From a virus, in IMG/VR virus record IMGVR_UViG_3300024264_000023, positions 7,758 to 71,757 of that record: a DNA stretch of 64,000 bases. One strand, 5' to 3'. Below are positions 49,673 through 60,266 of this stretch, in pieces. Position numbers and translations under genes: made by a program. Under the pieces are notes generated by a model. The model did no database searches. It worked only from the letters and a program-made list of their open reading frames with translations, and was not told the origin of the DNA. Positions within the stretch are counted from its first letter, which is position 1. Each line of letters opens with the position of its first letter.

Positions 49673-52600
49673 TATCTTTTTGATAGTAATAATTTAGTAT
49701 TGTCTAATCTCAATAGCATTTTTCTATTCCCTGATTCTTGTCTTCTTAATAAAACATGATTAGAATAATGCCTAAACTTTTTATGTTGAGTAGGACTCTT
49801 AAAGTAATTTAAATTAGTTTGATTTAAAGGTCTAATATATCCATTACATTGTGTATCAAATACAGATTGTTCTGAGTTAGTAAATTCACCTCTATCATTT
49901 GTAATATCATAAAACTGATTTATTCTAAACTTGTGTTCTACTTTACTAGAAAGAACAGTTATATCATTAGGACTAACTATTGGATATGCATTTTCTGCCC
50001 ATGGATCATTAAAGGGTTGCATTTCTATATTCAATAATCCTGATACCTGCTCTGTATTATAAATAATTGCTTTATCAAAATTAAATAAAAGATCTTCCCA
50101 TTTGTCCCCTCCACACATATTGTATTCTGGTTCTCCTTTATAAACAAATGTTTCCAACTGATATTCTATACTTCTAATAGTATTTACTGACTGACCTGTA
50201 TTTGATATCAACTCTATTTCCCACGGGAAACTTTCACCATAGTAATTAGCAAATAAATCACACCTTACGTTATGTCTCCAGAATGAACCAACTTGGTAAT
50301 TAGCTTGTACAAAGTCTGCATAATAATAATTACATAAAGGTGGTGTTGGGTCAACCCAAGTTGGATCACCTATTAAACCTAGTTCAGGAAAAGTATCAGG
50401 GCAACTGCCTAGTGAAGTTGTTGTAGTACCTGTTGGCCCCGGAGGACAGTCAGGACATACAACCTGTCTACAGATAGGTGGATTTACATCAGTACATGTT
50501 CCTGTAGGATCTGTATAAAATCCGTTAGTAGCATTTGGATATACCAGTGTATAGCCTGCCGGACAATCACAACTAAATGGAATAGTACAAACTTGACCTG
50601 CTATTTGTTGTGCTGTAGCCTGTAATGATGCAGGATTACTTGCATTCATTATAAATTGATTAGGTCCGGGTGTTTGTGTGGTAGCATTATAGTATGCATT
50701 AGCTGGACCCGCACCAGCACCAACTGTTATTTGATCAATAATAGTGGCATTACCTGGACCATTTGCATTAGGCCCTACAAAGACAGACATTAATTCTTGA
50801 TTGACTGGACCCCCTGCTCCAGGTATTACATTTGGACTTTGTAAAGCATTAAAACTTTGTGGAGTTAATGTAGCGTTACCTGAAGTAATTGTATTACCAT
50901 CTGTCACTACAATTAAAACTTGTCTAAAGAAAGGGTCAGCACTTCTTGCTGGATAGTTAGCAGCATAAGCTGATCCGGCTTTATTATTAAGCTGTGCTAA
51001 TCCATTATTTCTTGCAAGTTGTGCATTGGTCTGCTGCTGTATACCATTTGTACCTGACCAGTTATTTTGGAACCAAGTTCTTGCTTGAGCTCCAGTAACA
51101 GCTCCTAACATAGACTGCCCTGTCCCTGTTGGATTACCTTGAGCACTATTAGTAGCCCAAGCTAAAAAACCTATTTGCATAGTGTTTGCAGTTAATGCTG
51201 CTTGTATAGAAGGATCATTTATAAAAGCTACTAACCAAGTCAATTCTGCATCTGCTAAACTGTTTGTCCCAGGATTTGGATTACCTGTACTACCAGATGC
51301 ATCTATAGCAATCACAATATCTAATAAACAATTTTGTGGACCACCGGTAACAGTTGCAGGTATATCATCTACTGTTACTGTTTGTGGTTCAGTTATATTT
51401 ATAATATCCTCACACAACCCAGTTGTTGAATTAAAGGTATAACCTGGAGGACATTGTGGTACATCAGTTGTTATAGTTTTTGTTGTAAAGAAATGATTTA
51501 TACTTGGCAATGCAAATTCTGGATGCCAATCATGAAATGAAATCCAAGCTTTTGCTTTTGGATCATAGCTTATAGTCCATGAACAATCATCAAAATATAT
51601 TGGATCCCCTATCTCAACAGCAACTACATTACCACCTAAAGTAATATCAATAGGTGTAGTTAATCTATCTGTAAATGTTGCTCTTACTACGTACTGAGAT
51701 TTCATTGAATAGTCTTTTTTCATAAAATAGACTATATCATCATTTGGATCATACATGACTTGACAACCAACACCAACTACTGGATTGTCTATCCACTTTG
51801 TTGTTTCTGCCTCTGGAAATTGTTTTAAAAATTTAGATGGTAAATATTTATTAAACCACCATTTCATCCCCATGTTTGATATGGCTACCAAGCCACTACC
51901 CGGAGTATATTGAAATATTTTACCTTGAGCTTGTGATATAAAAAATAAACCTGCTGCTGTATTTATAACACCACGTTGATTTTCTAATGATCCATACTCA
52001 TTTGATAAATCACTATTTACTATATTTTGTAAAGCTTGTTTAAACAATCCACCATCTCCTATTGTTATTTTAGTACCGGCATCTGTTTTTAAACTATCTA
52101 CACCCTGAAATAATTGTGGTGATTGATAAGGGAAAAACATTAATGCTCCGGTCTTACTGAAAGGTTTTATAACAGATACTTTATTTTTAAAGTCCTTATA
52201 ATTAGCAAATAGATACTGTCTCCAGTAATCTCTTCTATCTTCTTCTTCAGCACGTAAGGAATATATTAATCTCTTAGGATAATTGACATAACAATTTTCT
52301 GCAACGTATGGGTCGTAGTCTTTTGTTTGCAGCTCTGCAAACGTACTGTTTTGGCTAATAAATTTAGATGGGCTTAAAGACTCATCATACTTATAAAAGT
52401 TATCAAATTTTTCTATTTCAGCATGAAACAAATCATCTAAATCATTGTAATCATACTTGTCATAAAATCTTCTTTCTTTTGGTTCTTCCCAATCTCTATA
52501 TGGTAAGTTAATTTCTGTTTCAACATAAAAGTCATTTACCCCGTTTATGTGACTATACATATATGCACGGTTCATAGCAAATGCACTATTTAAACCATCA

Positions 52601-55600
52601 GAAGTAAAAAGTGATAGTAAGTTCCATCCACAAGTATCACCTCTATCTAAGTAATATAATTCATTTGGTAAAGTCTCATCAATATCATTACCACCAAACA
52701 ATTCATTAAATCCAAAAGAACTTATTGTAGTGGCCATACCAGCCATATCAAACTTTCTACTGTTAAGCCAAAACCTTGGAAAGGGTACATTGTACCTTAA
52801 GTAATAATCATATGGGTATCCATCATACTGACCAATTAAAAAGTCAGTAAAGATTGGCATAATAGATTTTTCGGTGTAGTGAGAAATAAATACATCACCA
52901 CTAAATAAAGCTTTACTTGTATATTTAAAATTAGCTGGATCTGATTGATCTACTTTTTCTACACAACCTCTTTGCTGTATTTGTTTTATACCATCAAGCT
53001 GCCCATATTGATTATCCATATTAAACTTTAATGCACCATACAATGCAGATATAGGTTTTTTAAACGGACCTTCTGGGTTTTTCAAATTGCTCTGCCAATT
53101 TGGTGTTGATGCAGAACCATTACTATTAAAGAATCCACCTAAAGCAAATCTAGATTTATCTTCTACACCATAGTTTGAAGATATATTATCTTTAGTTGAA
53201 ATTGCTACAGTAGTAGGTCTAAATAAATTATTTATTTTATATTTATTTTGATCAAATGTTTGGAATGAAGAGCCTATATAATTAGCTGCTTCATTTAATG
53301 TTCTAAATGTTATGTTTAAAGGATGGGCATTAAAATCATTATAGAAACCATATGAATTATATTTTAAAACATGTTCCTGAAAAGAATTTAGGTTATATAA
53401 TAAATCTATTATTTCTTGACCTCCAACTGCAATATTTTTTTGGAGTAATGCAAAACCAAAAGCTTTTTTAAATAAATTTCCCAGGTTTGATTCTGAAGTA
53501 TCTAATGTTACTCCTTCTTGAGAACCACCACCCATAAGACCACCATTAGCAGTAGAACCAGTATCTGACATGTTATCTATAGCCAACTGATTTAGTCTTT
53601 CTTTTGTACTGTCTCCAAACCCGGTTAAATCTGCTACATCTTGAATACCACCAGTAAACAAATCCATAAGACCACCTAACCAGCCTCCAAGGCCACCACC
53701 TTGACTATTCACATAGCTATTAATAGCATCATTAGCTAATGTATGTGCACCACCACCTTTTACACTATTATCACCATCACCACCCTTATGACTGCTAATA
53801 TTACCTGTTGTGCTAGCAGTTGCAACACCTCCTGGAGATGCAGCCGTTGCAAAGTCATTCCAAGTTCCACCACCTCCACCTCTTTCCTCAATCTTCCATT
53901 CAGGGTATGCATTGTTTATACCCTGAACTGGCAATGCTTTAGTGTCTGGTGTACCATTAATATTTCTTAAAGCATAACCTACACCTATTAATGCACTAAT
54001 TATAGCACTAATATTTCTTAGTAATTTAAACTGAGGGTGCTTTTCTGATGGTTTAAAGTAACCTGATGATTCTCCGGTTATCTTACCATAGAATACTGTT
54101 TCATATGCATTTAAATATGGCTTAGTAAACATTAAGTCTGGAGAATGAAATGTAAAAACATCTTCTCTAAAACCTGATAGAGGTGGAAAATCACTAATTG
54201 CAGAACCAGAAAATGGACCACCATTATCACAACCTTTTGTTTTTCTAACTGTTGTATGAAACACATCAGGTCTTAAATCATTAAAAGGGTAATTAGGATA
54301 TAAACCTTGAGCATCACCAATTAAATTTTCAGTATCTGGCAAATCATACTCACGCATGTTTTTGAACATTCCTTTAGCAAGTATAGTTCTATTCCCTAAT
54401 CTAGATCCTCTGAGTAATTCATAACCTACTATATTTGTAATAGGACTACCATCATTATATACAGGTCTTTTTATATTTGAAAATTCTACACCTAATATGT
54501 ATATACCTGTATCTGTGCCATCTGTTAAACCTAGTACAGGGTTAATCATTTCATTAGGCATTTTATGGTGCCTAATAAATTCACCGCATAAGTCTGCACC
54601 TGGATCAAATTCATTTGACCAAGTATGTGAGCTTGAATTCCATATTTCAGGTTGCTTATCAGGATACTTTTCTGTAGATTGCCAATAAGCCATTTCTCCC
54701 CTAGCTATTATTGTTGATCCATCTTCTTGTTGTTCACTAACTAAAGCACCTACGGTACTTGTGTTATAAACTTTAAATAAAGGATCTCCTGCAGGATCTA
54801 ATGTATTAGGACCAGATATTATATCTCTTTCATTTTTAATATCTCCATTTGGTAATGTATAATCCTTAGATGCTCTACCTGGTATATGATATGACGAAGA
54901 TCTTTCACCTGTGTTATATATCCATCTAATAAAAAATGCATACTGCTCATCTCGCATGTATCCTAATTTATTACCTGAGTTTATATAGTAATCATTAGTT
55001 ACCTCATTAATAACCCAATTGGTTTTTATATTATTTGCAATGGGTTGGTAATTAAAATCAAATTGTTCAGTTGGACCTTGTCTTATAAGATAATCATTAA
55101 CAACGTACATTGCCTCTGATTTTTCATATGCTGGAGACTGTCTGAATATTTCTTGTATAGGTATAGATATAAGTGAATCATCTATATAGTCTATATTTAT
55201 ATGTTTTGACTCAGTGCTATAGTTACCTACAAGTTTTGTAAATATTTGCCCTTGTTGTCTTATGAGCAATACTAAATCAAAATAAAAGTAATCTTTATCT
55301 AGACCATCAATTTCTAAATCAAGTGATCCATTACTACCTCTATGTGACCATATAGTCTGAATGTTTGATATTCCTATGTAGTCTGATATAACTTGATCAT
55401 TCTCAGTATAAGCTATATAAGCTTGATAAGCTCCGTTTATAATAGTACCTCCATCAGTTGCTTTAGTAAGTTTAAGACAAGGTGTATCTACTAGAGGGTG
55501 TAATCTTATTTTTTCACAATCTAAAAAAGAAGTATCCTCGTAAATAATACACGGATCACCAGGAGCTGATACTATATCTTGTATGTAAGGAACATCATCT

Positions 55601-56073
55601 ATATTCATTGAGCGTGATGGATTGTTACCATCATCCCAATACACTTGCCAAGAGCAGTCAAAATTTTCTTTTGCTGCACCGCTAACTAAAAACTTTTTAT
55701 TAAAATTTAAACATGGATCATTAACTATTGTCTCATACTTACATTCACTATCATCAAATCTTCCTATTTCTGAACTAATATTATCTGTAGAATATACAAT
55801 CCACTCATCACCATATCTATGTATAGCACCTATAATAGTATAAGGTATAACACCACATTGTAAATTAGCTGGCTCATTACCAATAATACCTAGATCACCA
55901 TCTGAACTATTATTTGCTGCATTAATAGCATGGTACCAAGTATCATTTTTTTCAAAAGATGGTGTTACATCTTTATTCATTCCTTTGGTAAACATATTAG
56001 TATTTACACTAGAACTACTTTGAGATGATGCTTGTGTTGCTTTAGCTTTTGATGTAGACTTCTTCTTTGCCAT
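49672..56073 (-). CDS. Tail stabilisation (P22 gp10-like, crAss muzzle-type) protein with an inserted vWA domain
   Basis: N-terminal FTKGMNKD..A.N; WTISYDP..WISFHDWHP; vWA motifs IDASGS and VVTDG. Confidence 0.75.
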   Translation of the reverse strand: MAKKKSTSKAKATQASSQSSSSVNTNMFTKGMNKDVTPSFEKNDTWYHAINAANNSSDGDLGIIGNEPANLQCGVIPYTIIGAIHRYGDEWIVYSTDNISSEIGRFDDSECKYETIVNDPCLNFNKKFLVSGAAKENFDCSWQVYWDDGNNPSRSMNIDDVPYIQDIVSAPGDPCIIYEDTSFLDCEKIRLHPLVDTPCLKLTKATDGGTIINGAYQAYIAYTENDQVISDYIGISNIQTIWSHRGSNGSLDLEIDGLDKDYFYFDLVLLIRQQGQIFTKLVGNYSTESKHINIDYIDDSLISIPIQEIFRQSPAYEKSEAMYVVNDYLIRQGPTEQFDFNYQPIANNIKTNWVINEVTNDYYINSGNKLGYMRDEQYAFFIRWIYNTGERSSSYHIPGRASKDYTLPNGDIKNERDIISGPNTLDPAGDPLFKVYNTSTVGALVSEQQEDGSTIIARGEMAYWQSTEKYPDKQPEIWNSSSHTWSNEFDPGADLCGEFIRHHKMPNEMINPVLGLTDGTDTGIYILGVEFSNIKRPVYNDGSPITNIVGYELLRGSRLGNRTILAKGMFKNMREYDLPDTENLIGDAQGLYPNYPFNDLRPDVFHTTVRKTKGCDNGGPFSGSAISDFPPLSGFREDVFTFHSPDLMFTKPYLNAYETVFYGKITGESSGYFKPSEKHPQFKLLRNISAIISALIGVGYALRNINGTPDTKALPVQGINNAYPEWKIEERGGGGGTWNDFATAASPGGVATASTTGNISSHKGGDGDNSVKGGGAHTLANDAINSYVNSQGGGLGGWLGGLMDLFTGGIQDVADLTGFGDSTKERLNQLAIDNMSDTGSTANGGLMGGGSQEGVTLDTSESNLGNLFKKAFGFALLQKNIAVGGQEIIDLLYNLNSFQEHVLKYNSYGFYNDFNAHPLNITFRTLNEAANYIGSSFQTFDQNKYKINNLFRPTTVAISTKDNISSNYGVEDKSRFALGGFFNSNGSASTPNWQSNLKNPEGPFKKPISALYGALKFNMDNQYGQLDGIKQIQQRGCVEKVDQSDPANFKYTSKALFSGDVFISHYTEKSIMPIFTDFLIGQYDGYPYDYYLRYNVPFPRFWLNSRKFDMAGMATTISSFGFNELFGGNDIDETLPNELYYLDRGDTCGWNLLSLFTSDGLNSAFAMNRAYMYSHINGVNDFYVETEINLPYRDWEEPKERRFYDKYDYNDLDDLFHAEIEKFDNFYKYDESLSPSKFISQNSTFAELQTKDYDPYVAENCYVNYPKRLIYSLRAEEEDRRDYWRQYLFANYKDFKNKVSVIKPFSKTGALMFFPYQSPQLFQGVDSLKTDAGTKITIGDGGLFKQALQNIVNSDLSNEYGSLENQRGVINTAAGLFFISQAQGKIFQYTPGSGLVAISNMGMKWWFNKYLPSKFLKQFPEAETTKWIDNPVVGVGCQVMYDPNDDIVYFMKKDYSMKSQYVVRATFTDRLTTPIDITLGGNVVAVEIGDPIYFDDCSWTISYDPKAKAWISFHDWHPEFALPSINHFFTTKTITTDVPQCPPGYTFNSTTGLCEDIINITEPQTVTVDDIPATVTGGPQNCLLDIVIAIDASGSTGNPNPGTNSLADAELTWLVAFINDPSIQAALTANTMQIGFLAWATNSAQGNPTGTGQSMLGAVTGAQARTWFQNNWSGTNGIQQQTNAQLARNNGLAQLNNKAGSAYAANYPARSADPFFRQVLIVVTDGNTITSGNATLTPQSFNALQSPNVIPGAGGPVNQELMSVFVGPNANGPGNATIIDQITVGAGAGPANAYYNATTQTPGPNQFIMNASNPASLQATAQQIAGQVCTIPFSCDCPAGYTLVYPNATNGFYTDPTGTCTDVNPPICRQVVCPDCPPGPTGTTTTSLGSCPDTFPELGLIGDPTWVDPTPPLCNYYYADFVQANYQVGSFWRHNVRCDLFANYYGESFPWEIELISNTGQSVNTIRSIEYQLETFVYKGEPEYNMCGGDKWEDLLFNFDKAIIYNTEQVSGLLNIEMQPFNDPWAENAYPIVSPNDITVLSSKVEHKFRINQFYDITNDRGEFTNSEQSVFDTQCNGYIRPLNQTNLNYFKSPTQHKKFRHYSNHVLLRRQESGNRKMLLRLDNTKLLLSKR

Positions 56074-56093
56074 AACTAGTTAAATATATTTTA

Positions 56094-57047
56094 TTAATTA
56101 TATCCAGTTGTAGTAGCAGATGTACCATTACTGTTTATTACTGCTGGTCCAGATACTTGAGGATTTGCAGGAGCATAACTTAAAAACATATTATAATAAT
56201 TATGATATTGAGCTCTTCTATTCATTGTCCATACTTTTCTCATCTCAGCAAAATCTGGAGTGTTAACAAAACCAAGTGCATTATTTCTTGCTGCTCTAAG
56301 CTTACCCTCAACAAAACCTATTTGTTGTGAAACGTTTTCTCCTTGCCATAGCATATTTTCTAAAATCCTTTGTTTTACTGCATACTCATAATACTCATTA
56401 CAGTAAGGGTGATCTAAAACAAGTAAATCCCCATTAGCGTCTTCCATTGCTCCTTGATAACTTATATAAACCTTACCTGTCTTAAATGTAGTTATCATAT
56501 AACCGTCTTTTATTTCAGCAACATCTAAAGCTTGTGCTCCTAATGCAGGGCAAAAACATGTTGGATCATTTACATTTTGTATTCTAAGCTGAGTCCAACT
56601 ACTAAATTGTCTGTATTGAGATGGGCCAACTCGTTGAACAAGTTGATACTCATTTTTATCATTGCATGTTTTAACAACACATACATCTTTGCAATTTTCA
56701 CCATCTTCACAAGGTGCTGCATCAGTTGGTGCTGGAACGTAGGGTACATCATTAAATGTTTCAACGTGTGTACCTGAAGGCATGCTATTATTAATTACAT
56801 AAGAGCCACATCTAAATGCATAATTTACAAATGCAAAATCAGATGGTAGTTGAGCTTTACCATGTTCAATATCTAAAACAACTTCTTTCGTTCTATGTAT
56901 TCTTAAACCTAAATCATAGTTTACTCTAGTTGCAACTTTAATTAATTGTTGTGGTTCAATCATTCCCTCTAATGCATAATTAGAAAAGTCAATGGAGACA
57001 TCTTCCATTAATTGACTAAACGTTCTGTATTTATTTGATACACCCAT
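56094..57047 (-). CDS. Tail ring/tubular protein
   Basis: KAQLPSDF; GYMITTFKTGKVYISY..D.NG.LLV.D; position upstream of the stabilisation protein. Confidence 0.6.
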   Translation of the reverse strand: MGVSNKYRTFSQLMEDVSIDFSNYALEGMIEPQQLIKVATRVNYDLGLRIHRTKEVVLDIEHGKAQLPSDFAFVNYAFRCGSYVINNSMPSGTHVETFNDVPYVPAPTDAAPCEDGENCKDVCVVKTCNDKNEYQLVQRVGPSQYRQFSSWTQLRIQNVNDPTCFCPALGAQALDVAEIKDGYMITTFKTGKVYISYQGAMEDANGDLLVLDHPYCNEYYEYAVKQRILENMLWQGENVSQQIGFVEGKLRAARNNALGFVNTPDFAEMRKVWTMNRRAQYHNYYNMFLSYAPANPQVSGPAVINSNGTSATTTGYN

Positions 57048-57721
57048 TATTGTCTATGTATATTACGTTTATTATCTGAATCTTCTGAAGGTATTTGCAT
57101 TGACCCAATCATTGTCTGAATAACTTGACCTTCTATTTCTGCAAAAAGTGCTTCTGGAATATATATTGGTTGTTCATATCTAGGTGTACAGTCATCTTCT
57201 AAATCACAATTCCATCTTGTGATGTCTGAATTAAATACCCCTTCTAATTTTAATGCATCCCACTCAATGCTAGGAGAATATATATATCCATCTAACCACC
57301 AAAAATATAATGTTTTATTATATTTGAATGTGGTTGTTTTAGTCATTGAAGTATATGTACCCGGTTGAGTTGCTTGTAACTCTTGTGAACCATCTATTGA
57401 ACTTACGGTACGTATTAGTGGCCCCCAGTAACCTTCTATCATTGAAGGTAATCTATGTTTTGTTCTTTTTATTGTACAACCACTTGTTACTCCAGAACAA
57501 CCAGCCTCTACTTTATCTACTTCTATTAATTCTACATATGGTAAAGCTTTCCATACTGAATTAAACTTCATTAATTTGTTTGCATAATCTTGTCTTCTCA
57601 TTAATATTTGAGCAAACTTTTCTATCAAACTATAAATATATCTGTCTGTAATAAATGCGTCTTGTACTTCTGCTTTGACTTGACCCCTTACTCTTGATAC
57701 TACTTCTGCTATTGTTGACAT
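57047..57721 (-). CDS. Tail ring/adaptor protein
   Basis: crAss-like ring protein pattern (ITDRYIY, RTKHRLP, DGYIY); TAATG coupling. Confidence 0.55.
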   Translation of the reverse strand: MSTIAEVVSRVRGQVKAEVQDAFITDRYIYSLIEKFAQILMRRQDYANKLMKFNSVWKALPYVELIEVDKVEAGCSGVTSGCTIKRTKHRLPSMIEGYWGPLIRTVSSIDGSQELQATQPGTYTSMTKTTTFKYNKTLYFWWLDGYIYSPSIEWDALKLEGVFNSDITRWNCDLEDDCTPRYEQPIYIPEALFAEIEGQVIQTMIGSMQIPSEDSDNKRNIHRQ

Positions 57722-57726
57722 AGTTT

Positions 57727-58293
57727 TTATATTTCAAATTCATTATAATCTTTAAGAGCTTCATTAGTTTTATCAGGTGTCTTATCATAAAGATGAGCTA
57801 CCCTATACTTATTTTTCATTATAACATACTTTGTCCAATTCTTTGGGTATTCTTTGGCAACTGTTCTTTTAAAATTTCTACATGCTTTAAATCTCCAAAG
57901 TTCTCTGTTTTTAAATCTGTACTTTGTTGACCAGTTTGTATAAAATATTTTTCCTAAATTACCATCTGTTTCCCAGTTCTTGTTTTGTAAAACTTTACCA
58001 TACTGATTAGATAATGCATAATTTGTATTAACTGATTTAGCGTTAGGGCATGTTCCAATAAACATAAATCCTAATGAATCAGGTAATTCAACACCATCTC
58101 TATTATCTATCACAGCATGCCATAAGTTTTCATTATATGTTTTAATTATTTTTTTTAGCTTCTTATTATCTATTTTAGAATACAAAGGTTTTTTTTCTTT
58201 GAATTCTCTATATGTTTCTTCATTTAATAACCCCAATCTTTTTTGTCTGTATCTTGGAGCATTCAAATCAGGTTTTTTAAAATTATTAATCAT
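57727..58293 (-). CDS. HU/IHF-like DNA-binding protein
   Basis: Basic; KKIIKTYNE..AVI..GVELPDSLGFMFI; RFKACRNFKR. crAss-like structural modules carry IHF-like genes. Confidence 0.6.
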   Translation of the reverse strand: MINNFKKPDLNAPRYRQKRLGLLNEETYREFKEKKPLYSKIDNKKLKKIIKTYNENLWHAVIDNRDGVELPDSLGFMFIGTCPNAKSVNTNYALSNQYGKVLQNKNWETDGNLGKIFYTNWSTKYRFKNRELWRFKACRNFKRTVAKEYPKNWTKYVIMKNKYRVAHLYDKTPDKTNEALKDYNEFEI

Positions 58294-58298
58294 ACAGT

Positions 58299-58323
58299 CT
58301 ACATTTATAATTTACAAAAAAAA
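58299..58323 (-). promoter_or_regulatory. Variant late promoter (TTTTGTAAATTATAAATGTAG)
   Basis: One mismatch to the TGTATATTA core; overlaps the terminator U-tract. Confidence 0.4.
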
Positions 58324-58351
58324 CCCCACTTAATGAAATTTAAAGTGAGGT
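58316..58351 (-). terminator. Intrinsic terminator after the metallophosphoesterase gene
   Basis: ACCTCACTT/AAGTGGGGT stem plus T8. Confidence 0.6.
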
Positions 58352-58353
58352 CT

Positions 58354-59577
58354 TTATATTGCTTGATAAGTTAATACGCATATATTTCCCATTGTTGGGT
58401 GTTGAATTTCTAATTTACCAGATCTTCTATTACCCACATACTTGTTACTATAGTGGTAGTAGTCTGTCTTTCCTAAACTTGGAAGTGTCTTCTCTATAAA
58501 ACCAGCTGTTTCATTAGATGTCATATATTCTACTTTCCTATCTGTATGTATGTGACCTTTAAATAATGTTCTGTTTGTTGTAGCACCCCATTCTTTTGGA
58601 TACTCTGATGCGTATATTAATGGGTTATTTTTACTACGTTTATCACCATGCTCAAATGCATTAAAGTTGTTATGCCATACATGAACTTTCCTTTCTTCAT
58701 ATTTGGTATCCCATACTATCTCATCACTAACAATAGATTTAGATAAAGCATGGACTAAATGAAAAGAAGATAATCTATCATGATTACCTGGAACATATAC
58801 AACAACTAATTCTTTACAATATGCTTTAATGTAATTTATAGCCCAGTGCATTGCATCAAATGCTTGCATATAAGCTTCTGTAGCAGGCATACAGTTATTT
58901 AATCCTGTTCCGCTAGTGGTAGTCCCATCAAATGTATCCATGTTGATTAAATCACCTCCTACAACAAAATACATTTTTTCTATATAATTAACAGGTGCTG
59001 CCTTATCTATAAGATATCTTACAGTATCTTCAAAGTCTTTATCTATGGTATCATTACCTTCTTTACCAAAATGAATATCTTGTAATGATATGACACCACA
59101 CACAGGGTCTTTTGAAACAATATTTTTTAGATTTACTTTAGGTAATTTATATGTCTTAGGTTTCCAGCTTTCTAATAGCTCTTTAAAAAGCTTTTCTTCT
59201 GGGTTTTTAATCTGAGATACTAATGCTGACACTCTCCAGTGATCACCCATTTGTTTGTTCCAATACTGAGATAGTTTCCATCTATCAGTATCTATTTTTA
59301 GTAACTCAATTATTTCTTCTGCGCTTTTAGGCTCATGATCAAAAGTTCCTGAGATTTTACCTTCTCCCTTTTCTAAATCAATTGCTTCAACAACTTGAGC
59401 ATTTTCTGCTGCTTTGCTAAAAAATATTGATTTTTTCTTTTTATTTTTTCTTTCAGTAAGTAACTCTTTCTTTATTTTTTTATATTGCTTTTCACTTATA
59501 CCTAGTCTTTCACTACTGATTGAAGGATGCTTTTTCCACTTTAATGATTCTAATACTCTCTGTTTTAAATTGTCCAT
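58354..59577 (-). CDS. Calcineurin-like metallophosphoesterase
   Basis: DIHFG, GGDLIN, PGNHD, EHGD, GHIH motifs; basic N-terminal extension. Confidence 0.85.
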   Translation of the reverse strand: MDNLKQRVLESLKWKKHPSISSERLGISEKQYKKIKKELLTERKNKKKKSIFFSKAAENAQVVEAIDLEKGEGKISGTFDHEPKSAEEIIELLKIDTDRWKLSQYWNKQMGDHWRVSALVSQIKNPEEKLFKELLESWKPKTYKLPKVNLKNIVSKDPVCGVISLQDIHFGKEGNDTIDKDFEDTVRYLIDKAAPVNYIEKMYFVVGGDLINMDTFDGTTTSGTGLNNCMPATEAYMQAFDAMHWAINYIKAYCKELVVVYVPGNHDRLSSFHLVHALSKSIVSDEIVWDTKYEERKVHVWHNNFNAFEHGDKRSKNNPLIYASEYPKEWGATTNRTLFKGHIHTDRKVEYMTSNETAGFIEKTLPSLGKTDYYHYSNKYVGNRRSGKLEIQHPTMGNICVLTYQAI

Positions 59578-59608
59578 AAAAAATTTTTTTGATTATTGTA
59601 AAGATAAG

Positions 59609-59642
59609 AAAAAAAAAGAGACCGGAGTTAAACCCGGCCTCT
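59609..59642 (-). terminator. Intrinsic terminator
   Basis: GAGGCCGG-GTTTAACT-CCGGTCTC followed by T9. Confidence 0.75.
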
Positions 59643-59690
59643 TCCAACGTTTGTAGTAGAAAACCAACAAACCACCACCTGTTGTTATTT
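59609..59690 (-). ncRNA. Candidate 3'-UTR-derived small RNA
   Basis: CAAC/GTTG and GTGGTGG/CTACTAC stems with a UUUGUUGGUUUU loop, followed by a terminator. Confidence 0.3.
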
Positions 59691-59692
59691 TA

Positions 59693-60250
59693 TTATGCTC
59701 CTGTTGAAATTAAAATTTCAATAGGTATACAGCCAGCACCTATACCTGCATCTACAACTTTAATTTTGTAAAGAGTGTTTGGAACTAGATTTGTTATTTT
59801 AAAATTATTTGTAGTTGGCACTATAGGTGTGGTGTTTACTAATGTCCATCCTTGTGGGTTAATTTGCGTATCTATATAAATATTTATACCAGTACTATTG
59901 CTCCATACTCCATTCCACAGAACCTCTGCAGAGTTTTTAGTAACTACACCTGCATATACATTATATGGGTCATGTTGAACATCATCTGATGTACAAGTAC
60001 CTAACCCATTTGCTAAAATCATAGAAAACTTCTGTATAATAGAATCAAGTCTTTCACCAGAAGTTATAACTATTTTACTACCAGAATCACCTATTTGAAA
60101 AGACGTACCACAATAACTTACACATGAAGCACATTGTATATCTTCACATCTTTCACTTCCAACACTACAATCTGTGTATGAGCAAGGGTTAGTTAATGCA
60201 ACATCACTGCATCCACAATTACTACTATTATTTGAACAATTACATGCCAT
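59693..60250 (-). CDS. Cys-rich virion protein with an FN3-like domain
   Basis: C-terminal W..Y..W..ITNLVPNTLYKIKV; N-terminal Cys cluster. Confidence 0.65.
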   Translation of the reverse strand: MACNCSNNSSNCGCSDVALTNPCSYTDCSVGSERCEDIQCASCVSYCGTSFQIGDSGSKIVITSGERLDSIIQKFSMILANGLGTCTSDDVQHDPYNVYAGVVTKNSAEVLWNGVWSNSTGINIYIDTQINPQGWTLVNTTPIVPTTNNFKITNLVPNTLYKIKVVDAGIGAGCIPIEILISTGA

Positions 60251-60266
60251 CTTTTATTATTTTATT

